A DNA stretch of 64,000 nucleotides. It comes from Lama glama (lineage: Eukaryota). Each line of letters starts with the position of its first letter. Positions within the stretch are counted from its first letter, which is position 1. The stretch spans positions 61,816,001 to 61,880,000 of the forward strand of contig CM052817.1 of the NCBI GenBank assembly GCA_028534125.1. The letters run 5' to 3'. This document shows, piece by piece, positions 11,840-24,640 of this stretch. The notes under the pieces are model-generated. The model saw only the letters and a program-made list of their open reading frames with translations. It did not search any database and was not told the DNA's origin. The position numbers and the translations under genes are program-made.

Positions 11840-13335
11840 TTAATTCTGATAAAATACACATAACGTAAAATTTACTATCTTAATCGTTTTTACATGTTAT
11901 AATTCTGTAGTGTTAAGTACATTCACACTGTACCAATCTCTGTAACTCTTTTCATCTTTGCAAAGTTGAAACAGTCTGCTCGGGCAGCTAGAACGTAGTA
12001 CAATATACTGAGTGGCTTAAAGAACGGACATTTATTTCTCACAGTTCTGGAGGCTGGAAAGTCCAAGGTCATGGTACCAGAACATTCGGTTCCTGGTGAG
12101 GGCCCTCTTCCTAGCATGTAGACTGCTGTCTTCTTCCCGTGTCCTTACGTGGCAGAGAGAGAACACAATAGAGCTCGCTCAGGTCTCTCTTGCTCTTCTT
12201 ATCAAGACAGTTCCATCAGGGGGGCCTTACCTTCATGACCTTGTCTAAACCTAATCATCTCCCAGAGGCCCCACCTCCACATACCATCACACTGGGGGTT
12301 ATGGCTTCAACATACGAACATCATCACAACATGTATCTTTTTGTTACTTGTTTATTTCATTTAGTATAACATCTTTAAAGTTCACCCATACTGTATGTGT
12401 ATCAGAATTTCCTTCCCTTTTTAGGCTGAATAATATTTCATTGTATGCATATGACACATTTTGTGTACCCATTCATCTGTAGAAGAACTCTGGAATTGTT
12501 TTTACCTTTTGGCTATTGTGAATAATGTTGTGATGCAAGTGTATAAATATCTTCTCAAAATTCTGCTTTTAATTCATTTGGGTGTATATCCAGTAGAATT
12601 GTTGGATCATACAGTAATTCAATTTTAATTTTTTTGTGGAGCCTTGGTACTGTTTTCCATTCTGGCTGCATTATTTTACATTCCCACAAACAGTGCCCAA
12701 GGGTTTCAGTTTCTGTACATCTTATTTATTTGAAAGGAGCCATCCTATGGGTATGAGGTGATGTCTCATTGTGGTTTTAATTTGCATTTCCCTAGAGATT
12801 AGTGATGTTGAGTATCTTTTTCTATGCTTGTTGGCCATTTATAGATCTTCCTTGGAGAAATGTCTGTGTAGGTTAGTTGCCCATGTTTTGACTGGGTTGT
12901 TGGTTTTTGTTGTTGTTGAGTTCTAGGCTTTCTTTTATATGCTGTATGATAACCTCCTATCAGATACATGATCTGCATGTTTTGTCCCATTCCTTAGGCT
13001 GATTTCTCACTCTATTGATTGTATCCTTTGATGCATAGAGTTTTTAAATTTTGATGTCCAATTTATTATTTTTTAGTTGTGCTTTTGGATTTGTATCCAA
13101 GAAATCATTGCCAAATACAATGATATGAAACTTCTTCCCTATGTATTTTCCTAAGAGCTTTATAGTTTTAGTTCTTAAATTTCATTCTTTGATCCTTTTT
13201 GAGTTAATTTTTGTACATAGTGTAAGAAAGTAAGGGTCCAAATTTTCCTCTCACATGTAGATATTCAGTTTACCCAGCACTATTTGTTGAAAAGGCTGTC
13301 TTTTCCCCATTGAATGCTCTTGGCAACCTTATTGA
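11840..13335 (-). mobile_element. L1MB-type LINE (3' UTR plus end of ORF2), interrupted by MLT1A
   Basis: AAATACACATAACGTAAAATTTACTATCTTAA (L1MB tail). Typical L1 antisense text follows: CATTCCCACAAACAGTG, CTCATTGTGGTTTTAATTTGCATTTCCCT, CCCAGCACTATTTGTTGAAAAGGCT. Confidence 0.9.
11972..12325 (-). mobile_element. MLT1A-type MaLR solo LTR
   Basis: GTGGCTTAAAGAACGGACATTTATTTCTCACAGTTCTGGAGGCTGGAAAGTCCAAGGTC...GGCCCCACCTCCACATACCATCACACTGGGGGTTATGGCTTCAACATA. Confidence 0.9.
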
Positions 13336-13896
13336 TGCTCTGTGTATGCTGCTGGAGCAAAGGTAAAAAGGGCCTTTAGTGCATGGAAATGAGAGAATAA
13401 CCTAAGAGACAATTTGGGGAGATTCCAGGGTTTTTCTAAATAAGTTAGAATTGCAGGTAATTCCAGGAATGAAATGGTGGAATCTTGTCAGATCAACAGC
13501 AGGAAAAGGAGAACTTTGAGCAACTTCCTGAGCCAAAAAGAGAATATACAGACTTTTTTTTTTTTTTTGGAAGGTATCTGCAGTAGACAAGAAGGGAAGT
13601 GTTAAAAGCATGGACAAAGGTGAATGACAGGCATCCTAAGGAAATATGAAGTGTAGTGGGAAAGACAGGAGACAAATAGTTACAATACAGGGTAAACTGA
13701 TAAGATAAATGTCATAGAAGTGATGGTGATAAAGTGCTGTGGAAGTTAGAAGAGGAAAAATCTACTTCTGCTGAGAATCAACTGGGTCTTCCTGAATATA
13801 TTCTGCTAGTTCTTAGATTTTTCAGGATGATAGGAGAACAGGATTTGAAAGAGACATAGCTTAGAAGAGTACTTAAAATTCCACCCGAGCACTTAC

Positions 13897-14065
13897 CTGT
13901 GGGACACAGCTGTTCCCACAGTAGAGCCTAGACACCCCAACTTGCCCTGCTCACATCAGCATCGCTAGAGCTGGATGCTGCCGTGAGGGCTGCTGCACTG
14001 CTGCCTTTGGGATGAATATAGCTGCTGCTGCTCCTACCAGCGCCAGTCCTGCAGTCAGATCCCAG
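13897..14065 (-). other. Candidate antisense non-coding exon (169 nt)
   Basis: Minus-strand acceptor TTTTTTACCTCTCCTGTAG and consensus donor CAG|GTAAGTG. The interior is GC-rich, with stops in all three frames. Confidence 0.3.
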
Positions 14066-14789
14066 CTACAGGAGAGGTAAAAAAGTGCTTGTGTGACCAT
14101 TTTTTGGTTTTTGTCTGTTGTTTTTTTACCTTCTGTTTTGGTAGAGCTCTGCATCAAACAAATGGAAGATGCCCAACATATAGGAAGTGAGAAGGGCTTA
14201 AAGCCAGGTGGCTGCAAAGTGTAATAACAGGCACAGAGCTGACAGAGGTAGAATTTGAAGTGCGGCAGGAGGAGGAGTAATGTTTAGACATGCAGTGGGA
14301 TGTGGAAATTTGGGGTGGTGGTTCAAAAAAAGATCTATCCTGGTAGTTGAAATTGTATTAGCTGAAGCCTGGGTGTTACAAAGGAATACATTTGAGAGAA
14401 GGGATCATTGGGAACAAATCATGATTACCTACATTTACACGAGCATGAGAGGAAGAAACTTGGGTGAATATGCCCTCATTATGGAAACCAAAGGAAGAGC
14501 TGCTCGTGAGTACCTAATAAATCGTATTTGTTCAATTTACTTTTAAGTGAATGAGGCTTTTAAGAAGGGTGCCTTGTGTTGCCTAGGGATGAAAAGGATA
14601 CAGACTGAGAAAAATTCATTGGGTTTGTTGACCTTTGAAAGAAGAATTTCATTAGAATGATGGGAGTAGAATCCAGAGGGCAAATATTTACAAGGAAAAA
14701 GTAATTGGGATGAGAGTAAGGTGGCACTAAAGGTCAGATATTTTAGGAAGAGAGAGAGAAGACTGGTCACAGGAAATACTTTCCAAAAA

Positions 14790-15345
14790 GTCACTGTTTC
14801 AGGTGCTTATGGTATGTAAGTGAGCAAAATGGACAATGATCAGTAATGCCCTTGGGGTCCTTACATTCTAGAGGGGTGAGGGAAGCTAGACAGTTAGCAT
14901 TAAATACAGTAAGTAAGTGAATTACATAGTGGTTAGAAGGTGATGGGTGGGGGGGGGGAAGTAAAACAGCCTAAGGAAAATTTGTTGAATCTGTTGACCT
15001 TGGAAAGAAGAATTTTATTAGAATGGTGGGAATAGAGGTCCAGGAGGGTCAGGGAGGGATTTGGGGTTGGGGGTGGTTGTAGTCGTAAGAAGAGCAATAG
15101 GATAGGCTTCACTGGGGTGAGATTGAGCCAAGACCTGAAGGAGGTGATGGAGAAGGCTAAGTAGATACGTAAGGGAAGAGTGTTTTGGGCGGAGGGGTAG
15201 GAGGCAGAAAGCTCTGAGCTGGAGCATGCGTGCTGTGTTTGAGGAACAGGATGAGAAAGAGGGAGAGCAGCGGGAGAAGAGCCCACTTAGTGAGACAATT
15301 GGAAGCCACCTCTTATATGACCTTGTAAACCATCATAAAGACTTT
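14790..15345 (-). mobile_element. L2 LINE fragment
   Basis: CTTACATTCTAGAGGG...AGGCTTCACTGGGGTGAGATTGAGCCAAGACCTGAAGGAGGTG...GGGAAGAGTGTTTTGGGCGGAGGG...GACCTTGTAAACCATCATAAAGACTTTG. Confidence 0.75.
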
Positions 15346-16590
15346 GTAAGGACATCAGAAGCATCTGCTGTAGGACTCACAGCTCTTTGATACTTTTGTA
15401 GCCCAATATGAGGTTAATCTAAAGCTTTCTTGTGCAATTCAGAAAAGCGTTGACTTTCCATAGGCTCTTTCTGTTAATAAACTTCCAGAAAGAGATAATG
15501 TGAAAACCAACACAAAGATGTAATGTTAGATAACAGATGCAAAGTGAGGCAAGTTTCTTTACTGAAGAGGCAGGAGGTAAATTTCGGTGAATAACTTATA
15601 GTTCTTTTGCCTTAATTCATAGAGTGAAGTAAATATTTTGTTCAGTTGTCAGTTTCTGATTACATACGTAACATTTTAATGAAAAATTGAGAAATCCTTT
15701 TTAGACAAGTGTTTCTAAATGAGCAGCTATTGCTTTTGAACTTCTTTTCCTTTTTTCTTTGTACATCCTTTGGTGGAGGTGCTAATGAGATACATTGAGG
15801 ACTCTGAAGTGTTTCTGCTGTAAACTTTGGGAGACCTCAGAGTGGAAATCATAGTGACTATTTAAATCAGATTGATCACCTTAATGGGCCTTAAATCATC
15901 TGGAGAAATGCAAGTTTTACTCAGGTTGGTTAAGGTTTAATTTGAATGTTTCATTTGTCATAATCCTTAAAGTAACTCGCTGCTTGACTAAATTTTTCTT
16001 TTTCAGCTGGTGCTTGCTAGTAGCAGATATAACCACACAAAGTGCTGATTAACTATAATAAAAAAACATAGAACACGATAAAGGAATGCCTGTGTAACCA
16101 AGGCTTTTATATTAGACAAGAATTGTATTACAATTTCATATATTTTTATTGGACTAGTAGGGATTTTGTGTCTAAATATGTCTCTGGTTTTATCTGATAT
16201 TATGATCAGTAAAGCTCATCCTCTTTACCTCCATAATTTAAGCCTCTTGTATCATTCCATGTACATTTAGTATCCTCTGATTTTGCTGCATTGCTCTAGA
16301 TAGAGCACAGAAAGAAGGGGTTTCACTGAAGTCTTATTTCACTGTACTGTGACCTTCTCTGAATAAGGTCTATATGTGGGGTTTCTTTATATTTATTTAT
16401 TTGTTGTTTACAAACTAATTGTTTAAACAGCCAAACCAACCCTCATTCTTGTGAAAGTTCTCTGTTTATGGAATCTGTTAGAAAAGCTTTCATGAGATTA
16501 TCAGAAAATGTCATTTTTCATAAAAAAAAATTCAGGACACTAAGCACTTGTGTTTTGTATCTGGAGACTGGTGAAAGAAGACGAGGGAGT

Positions 16591-16621
<31 letters not shown>

Positions 16622-18329
16622 ATGTATACAGATACAGTATGTTTCAGGCATCCTTTTGGTATCAACCATCTGTCATTAGGAAAATACTTCAGTGTACACA
16701 GTTGACTTCTGCTGGTAGAAGAGATGAAGGGTTGAGCATGGCATGAATCTGAACTGAAAATCGTGGCATTATTACTTTTATTTGAAAATATTTTTGCATG
16801 CACAAAGATTCTAAATATCACCTTAAAATTTAGCTTTTTGTAGTGTTTATATTCTGGCATCAATTTTTAAAACACTACTAAGAGCTAAGTCTGCTAAGAA
16901 GCGTGTCGGTCATATACTGGCAGCACTACTGCTGAGAAAGTACTACGGGGAAGCTACTCTGTGCTGAATAAACTAAAATGTTTCTTATGAATGTCTTCTC
17001 TGTTACTTCAAGAAACTTTGTCTTGTGTAATTTCTAATGTATATATATTTATGTATTTTCCAAGGAGTGGAAAACGGATTTCCTAGGAGCTGTCTCTGTA
17101 TGATGTGTGAACTTAAACATAGACTTTTCAAATGTTTAAATAAGGGCTGTACTTTAACTCCTTTTATAATCCCTTTTATGTGTAAACTAATATGCACCTT
17201 CCTTCTAAATTATATTCAGAGGGATTTACAAGGAAAATACAAGATAAAATAAAATTTTATTAATATACTTTCTATTTAAAATTTTGTTTTCAATTTATTT
17301 ATTATCAGTTCAAGTTGGATATGCATGAAATTAAGGCACAACTGACTCTAAGATGAAATAAGAGTGATAGTAATCCTCTTTAAGACATTGATTTTGATAT
17401 GAAAGTAGGTTCGGATTTTTCTAGTCGCTAGCAAGGGATACAGACAGTATAGGTTTTGATTTTATGCACAGGGATGCTTTAGCACTGATTTGATAAAGAA
17501 GATAGTATCCTTTGGAATAGAGCTTTCAGTAAGACAAGGTAGTAGCTTTGGTGTGTTCTAGTGTGTAACTTTAATTCTGAGAAATCTGGAGCCAAAGTGT
17601 TAGGATACTAGGGTATTTCTGTTTGTTACTTAAACAAACAACAAAACCCCCTTTATCACATGGTTCCTTGTAACTGGGGCAAAGTATATCTTCTCAACTG
17701 CCTTCTCATGCTGTAGAGAAAACAGCCTCTTTTGTTAAAACAAACTCAGACTCATGTGGTGAGAGGTGGACTACATTACATGGCTCCTGTGACTTCCTTC
17801 ATCCACTTTCTTCTAAGCCTGCGGCGTTGCCTCGCTGTACCTCCTGAAGCACAGGTCTGCTCGAGGGAGAAAGCCTCTCAGTCCTGAGGGGCCTCACTCA
17901 CCTTAGTGGCTTCACTGACACAATGTGTTTAATAACACCTGCATTGGAGGGCTGCTGGGCAAGTTAAAAATATGTATACATGACACTGCTTTACATTAAT
18001 GATTATTTTAATTATTATTAATATGCTTTTTATAAACTACTGTTCATCCTCTGGAGGAGAGGTCCATCTCTCCTTGCACCTGAAACCACTGCCCTCTGCG
18101 TTCACTGCTATGGCCTCCAGCATGTCTGTTGTCCTCTGAATCGAGAGGTTTGGGATTCAGGATACCTGACCCCTCACTTGCTCCAGCCTTCAGGCAGTCA
18201 TGTTCCCTGAATGAGTCTCACCAGCCCCCAGAGTCTGAGTCCTGCACCTACCGCATGCACTGTTTCCCCAGTTATTTCTTGCAGAGCAAACACACATGGG
18301 TCCCTAGTTAGTGATGTACTGGTGTCTGA

Positions 18330-18520
18330 CCCTCTCTACCCTTAACCAGTTCCACGCCTCCTTGGCTCAGGCACACTCAGGATTCTCGTCTGTAAATGGG
18401 AATGTTGTTACCTGCCACACAGGGAAGCAGTGAGGATTCATGAGGCAACACACTGATGAGATACAAAGCATTGTGCCTAAAGAGTAAAAGTCACCAAGTG
18501 TTGTGTGTCATCACCATTGT
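18330..18520 (+). mobile_element. MIR SINE fragment
   Basis: MIR core CTCAGGATTCTCGTCTGTAAATGGGAATG...CACAGGGAAGCAGTGAGGATTCATGAG. Confidence 0.65.
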
Positions 18521-20829
18521 CCTATAATCTGTCTAGAAATAACCTGTTGATCTTCTCTGGGTTTGTTACTTTCCAGCCCCTGCCAAGGCATCTTCCTCAC
18601 ATTCAGTTTTAGTGTCTGACCTGAGATAATCGTATTGACCAGGTTGATGGATTTCTCTGTAGTGAATGACAGAGAATAATCTCATATTGTATGTATCACT
18701 TGCTCCCTATCACTAGGGTACAAGTGTGACCTTTTTAGCATTTAGTTGAATAACACGGAAGCCAGGTAGTAACTGAGCCAGAATTATGCCTATATGGGGT
18801 TTAGGGGTCCTGGGGCAGCCTGGAGGTTTGTTTTGCTTTGTTTCTTGTTAGCTTATCTTAACAAGTTCACCAGGTTGATTTTCATTAGTAGTTTCATCGT
18901 GTAAGTTGCCTTTAGTTCTCTTCTACTCTTTAATGTTAATTGCTTTTTGTGTCTAGTCTTATCTTGTATGCAGGCTGTCCACATCCTTGTTATATTCATT
19001 GTCTGACATGAGCTTTAAAAGAGAACTCTGCAATCCCTAGGTAAATGAAACTGTCTTAGATTTAAGATATCATTCTGCTAGAAAATGCCATGAAGTGTAT
19101 TACTGTAATGGTTTTGGTTGTGCTGATGACCAAATTATGCCCTCCAAGTACACAGTGTTACAGCATCTTAGGAGAATAAAGTTTGAGGCTTATTTGTTCT
19201 CTTTCAAAAGCTATCTCAAATCCTTTTAATGAGTTGTGGGAAGTAGCAATGATAAAAGACCAACATCGAAAGCTTATATCAGAAGATATTATCATGTCTG
19301 TTTCATAATATTGGGGCTCTTGCCTGTTAATAATGATGATACTTGTATTAGGTGAAAAGTGGTTTATGCTATTGATTGAAGTTTAATTTACATAAAGATA
19401 TGTTCAGAGTATTTTATAACAGATACTCTACTGTTTTTTCAGTGCCTCAAAATGGATACCTTTTATGATGCTTGTTATAAAAATTCATATTTTTAGTTTT
19501 TGTTTTATATACTTAGTGAACAGTTATTTCAGAAAAAATAAAATCAGTCGGCTAAAGTCCATGGAAGCTGGTTTATAAGTAAAGATTTTGACATTTTAAA
19601 GCTGAAGTGAAATCTCGTTGTCTCCGTGTGTGAAATTTTTTGTTACTAGTGGTAACTATAGAGAATTTTTTTCAAATAACACCCTTTTAATAACAATGGT
19701 CTCCCCAAATATACTGTGGCATAGCTTTAAACTTTATTAAGTCTGCCTTGGACTCCCCCTTCCTCTCCCTGAGTAAATGGAAGAAAAGTTTGGCAGGCTC
19801 CATGCTGTGCGCTTGATTGATGTCCAGAACATCTGAAGGACTTTTGTGTCCTGCCCGCTCTCCATGAGTGCATAATGTGTGAATACTTAAAGAAGGTCAG
19901 CCCTTATCACATGTAATCTAGGACTGAAAGCCGATCACCGGTGACAGTCACATCCCGTAAGTTAGAACACAAATCATCCCCTACATGCTTCAGACAAGTT
20001 GTGGGATAGTTTTTTCTCTCTTTTTTACCCCTTCCCACTCACTGGGGACCTGGCAGTGCAGTGAAAGCAGAGAGAAGACGTGCTCAGAATAATGTGTCAC
20101 TCCTTGGAGGGAGGAAGGGATTGTTTATTTGTAATGATGTGATGGACTTTCACTGTGCAGCTGAAGGGAACGTCGGGTTGTTAATGACTAGTGATGTGGA
20201 ATGCTGCAAATTAGAACAGGGTGGGGAGGCAGGAGGCAGCCTGAAAGCGGGCTGAAGCTGTGGCTTTGTAAACTCTGAAGTCAGGGGAAAAAAAGTTTTT
20301 GTACACTTGAGTTCTCTTGTTCATTTTTCCCTCCATAATGGAGTAACTTTTTATGTCCACTACGTATGTGTATAGCTGAAAATCAGAATAATAAAATGAC
20401 TTAGCCAGTACAATTCTGAGCACACTTTCCTAGTTTTTGCACAACCAGTATGAAAGTTTGAAAACTGTTTTACTGCAAATCTCCATGGAATGGTAGGGAC
20501 CTAAAATGCTTTAGCTTCTAATAGGGAAAAGGAAATAACTGCTGTTTTTATGTGCCTGTGTGTTTGAACAGAAGTTTAATTGAAACGTAAATGTTGTCCC
20601 AAACAATGTTAGCAGAGATGTTGAAGTATGAAAGAAAAATAACACTCACCTTATTGTTCTCATGAAGAATGATAAGGGTACTGTTGTATTTTCTTACATA
20701 AAAAGGAAAATATTCATCTTATCTCAAAAACTTTACTAGTTTCTTTCGAAATGTAATCAGCTGCACGAACTGGCTGCAGTCTATTCGCACAATGGTAACT
20801 GTGCCAACGCCTCCTTCAGAAACCAAGGC

Positions 20830-21300
20830 ATTGCTTCCAGTGTATGTAGGATAAAATCAAAATCAAGTTAGGAGCTGTAAGGCCCTTCCTCCCCAGTGTC
20901 TCCCAGCCTCCTTTTCCAGCCTCATTTCACTGCTCTCTAGGGATACCCGGTTTCTCGTGTGCTCTGCAGATACTGCTCTTTTTCTTCCTCATAAATGTCT
21001 GTGCTGTCCGATTCTCTTTGCTTGGGATTCTTTTGCCCTCCCCTCACCCACTGAATTCCTACTTATCTTTGAAGACCCGGTTCAAATGCTTCTCCCCCAC
21101 AAGTCCGATCCTCACTCCCGGCCAGAATTAATCTCTGTTTATCCACTGTGCTTTCCACTTTCCCTCAGCGTAGCAGGCAGTTACGGTTTTGCATTGTCAT
21201 TATTTGGCTGTTTGTCCTCACCCATTACAGGGTAGGTTTTGTCCTGAAGGCAGGCACTGTCTTTTTAATGTTCTCCTACCCCATTCACTACACGCAGTGA
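20830..21300 (+). mobile_element. L2 LINE fragment
   Basis: Pyrimidine-rich L2 sense text: AGGATAAAATC...GAATTCCTACTTATCTTTGAAGACCCGGTTCAAATG...CCTGAAGGCAGGCACTGTC. Confidence 0.65.
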
Positions 21301-21687
21301 CAGTTTATAAAGCTGTATAAATACATAAAATCTGGAGACTAAGGGAGGTTCTTTGTGAAAATAAGTCATGAATGGTAATTGTTAGAAAGGTAGTCTCATA
21401 ATTTAAAGCTATTTTGTGTACTTCTGCTTTAATTGCATGATTACTTAATAAATGAAGTAAAAATAAATGGCTTAAATAAATATTTGCCTTGGTGGGTATA
21501 ATACAGATTTATAAAACCTTGGTTTAACCTATGGTATATTTTGTATTCTTGTTTTAGTGATCACATTTTTTGGTGACAGAAATAGTTTGGCAAATGTTAC
21601 ATTAAGGAACATTATTGTTATTTTTTTTATTTTTTTTTTTTTTTGGTCAAGAGCCAGGAGCGTGATTAGTGAGATTTGTCGGGAAAT

Positions 21688-21880
21688 TGCTGACCATTTT
21701 CTGATGTCCTCCTGTGTTCTGGGCACTGTATTCAGTAGTTTATATTCATTTACTTGTAGAATTCATACAATAATTTTACCAGTTGGATAATGAGCAGACT
21801 GTAGAACAGAGAGTTGAAATAATTTGCCCAGGGTTCTCTCAGATAGTAGTTAGGCTCTCTCTGCTTCACAGCACAGACTC
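21688..21880 (-). mobile_element. MIR SINE
   Basis: CTGTGTTCTGGGCACTGTATTC...CAGAGAGTTGAAATAATTTGCCCAGGG. Confidence 0.6.
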
Positions 21881-24399
21881 CATAAATCTAGCATGAGTGG
21901 GTCTGTATAAGAATTCTACAAATAGTGTATAGCAACGACATGTCCTGCTCCTGTTGGTAGTGCTGTCTCTCGTCCTTTTCTTTTCCCTTGCCCTTCTCGC
22001 ACATGTGTGTTTTCAAATGGAGACCTTTCTTTTAATGTTCTCTCAGAGCTTTCTTCGAAGACTCATTTGGTGTGAATTTTAGGGTGAGTGGGCTGAATCA
22101 TATGCAAATCTGGATTTTTTTTTTTTTTGCTCACTCAGATTTCTGATCTACATTATGAGTTTTGTTTTTGTGTTTTAAAGATCTTTGATCCTATTTGTCT
22201 GGAATTTAATTATGCGTTGTATAGAACATCTCCTTCATTGTTGACACCCAGCGTATGTTAAATAATAAAGGCAAAATAGAGGGAATTAAGAGGGCTACCT
22301 CTTAAATTTCTTAGTAGTATAGATGAAAGAAACACATCTGTATTATCAAAACAGTCAACTAAGTGGAAGCCTCTCCTCACACTTCTAATTTTCACTTCTC
22401 ACCTAGTTAGAAGTTTAGGTTCAGAGACTCATCCTATATTCTGAAATTGTAAACTTTTTTAAAAAAAAATCATTAAGCCAGTCCATGCTCAAAAGCCTTT
22501 TGGTTAGTTATATAATGTATAGCCTAAAGTCTGTAACCTGCTTTCAGAATCCTGCACAACCTGGTTCCACTCTGTCTAGCTTTCTCTCCAGCCATTTACT
22601 AATAGGAGCTGTCTGCTCCAGTAAGATTTTCCTTCTCATTCTGTTGCACAAATGAAATATTTAATCCTGCCTCTAATCCTTGCTCATATAATTTTCTCCC
22701 TTTCCATCTCCTCTATCTTTGTATAAATTAAGTTTGTATTTCAGCATCCAGCCCTGCTTTCAATTTCTGGCCCAGTCTAATCCATCCCTTACTGTGATTT
22801 TCCATCTTTGTTCCATTTGAAGGCACTTCATCTTAGAGCAGCTTACCTTTTTACCTTAGTTCTCTATTTTATTTATATATATATATATATATATAAAACT
22901 TTTTCTGTGGTATTGTAAACTTCCTGAGTGCATTTACTTCAGCTAGCAAGCACGTAATATAGAATCAGAAATGGTTGCTGATATGGATTGTTTTGAACTG
23001 AATTAGGATTCTAGGGAGAGAGCAACTCTTCTCTCTTCATGCTTTGCACCATTTATGGATGCCCATACTGGGGAAATGTGAGCAGTGGGAGCTGTCCCAC
23101 ATTTCAGCCGTTCACTCCTCATCCCAGAGCTCAAGGCTAGGTTCCAAATTAGCAGTGGAACCATGTTGTGATGTGGCTTTGAGCCGAATATAGAAGGTTT
23201 GAACAAGAGAGTCTACTGCTTAGTTCTTGTCTGCTTTTCCCTTGTACTGCCCCTCTGTTCCTGATCACCCTGTATTCATTTAATATGCCTCAATCTCCCT
23301 TCTTAGCTAAAAGGGATGTGGATAAATGATACTGAAAGACTATCTCATTTACTACCCCCGAACAGATTTTCCTGACAAGTAAGTTGCATAGATTCTGTGA
23401 AATGCAAAATGTGTAGTCTCTTAAGCTTAAAATATGCCATAATTTTCTGTGTGATTAAAAATACTGCATTTCTATTAAATTCCATCTCATGAAACTGAGA
23501 CTTGAGGATGTGGGAGTGATAGTAGTAGTCATTAATCCTAAAGAGCAACTGTTGAGCTACTCGAAGCAAGAGAATAGGTTTGAATGGCACCTAGGAAGGT
23601 AGTTCTGGGAGGTGCTGGTGTGTTTAGAGAAGTCGGGGTGTCTTCCAAAAATGAGAAGATGGCAGAGATTTTTTTTCCAAAAAAAAAAATTCTTAAAACT
23701 TCAGGTAAACACATTCTGATGCTATCTTAGATATAAGCATGGAACTATGTCTCTGTTCTCATAATCATAAATTCTTTATTGTGCAAACTGACTAGGTTTC
23801 ATTACTTCTGTTTGTCTCTGGTGATACTGTAGTTTCTACACATTTCTTTTATGATTGACAGTTCCCAGAATAAAAGAATACAAATAGTCCTTGAGAAAGT
23901 TCTTTTAGTGTTGAAAAAGGTCACTCACAATATCACGGAAAATTGAAATTTTACAAAATGTTCATAGTTTATGTTGAGCCACAGTTACAGTTAACATCTA
24001 AAAAAATTGAATAACTTACCTTGGTTTTAATTACATAATCGAATTGGCTAGGTCACAGTACTCTATTCTATATAAGAAACTTCAAACTATAGTCACTTCA
24101 AATTAGTGAGTAGCTTAAATGAAATATTTTAACTTGAAGTACTCATTAAAGATGCTTTTTACATGTGACCCTTTTTTTGTATCTGTGCACATGACTTAGA
24201 GGCATTTGCCTCATTCTTTAAATTTGATGTAGTGAGAAAATTGCTGTAACATGACACCGTGACGTGTTTCTGTCGTTTTATCAAAGAAAAATTTTATTTC
24301 TCCTTGTCTTTCTACAATTCCCAAACAGTTACAATCCCTAGCAGAGAAAAAAGCTTTGACGAAAGAAATGAGCAATTGCATGACAGCAAAGTGTAGGTG

Positions 24400-24640
24400 T
24401 GTGTTGCTTTGGAACTCCCCCGCAGCTGCCCGGGAGGTGTGGGGGCTTTGGCGTGGCCAGTCCAGAGCAAAGTCCCGCCTGTGCTGGCCCTTGTGTGGGC
24501 AGCTGGGTCAGGCTCCTTTCTTAAGAAAACAATCCGGCTTGGGGTCCTCACCGCCCTTTGTTGTCCTCCCCACGAGGTGATCAGTTGAAGTCTCTGTGGT
24601 GACAGAACCAGTTTGTAACAGGCTTGTCTTTCACGGTCCT
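24400..24640. promoter_or_regulatory. GC/CpG-enriched putative enhancer
   Basis: Local GC/CpG patch with GGAACTCCCC (NF-kB consensus on -), AGAGCAAAGTCCC (HNF4-like DR1), two CAGCTG E-boxes and GC-box-like CCCGCC. Motif matches only. Confidence 0.35.

Noticed and set aside
12799..12990. 63-aa ORF
   Set aside because: Lies inside a decayed L1 and is not an independent gene. The same applies to 37523-37735.
15985..16065. Strong acceptor (GACTAAATTTTTCTTTTTCAG) with nearby AATAAA as a terminal exon
   Set aside because: No donor or meaningful frame follows, and such signals are frequent in T-rich introns.
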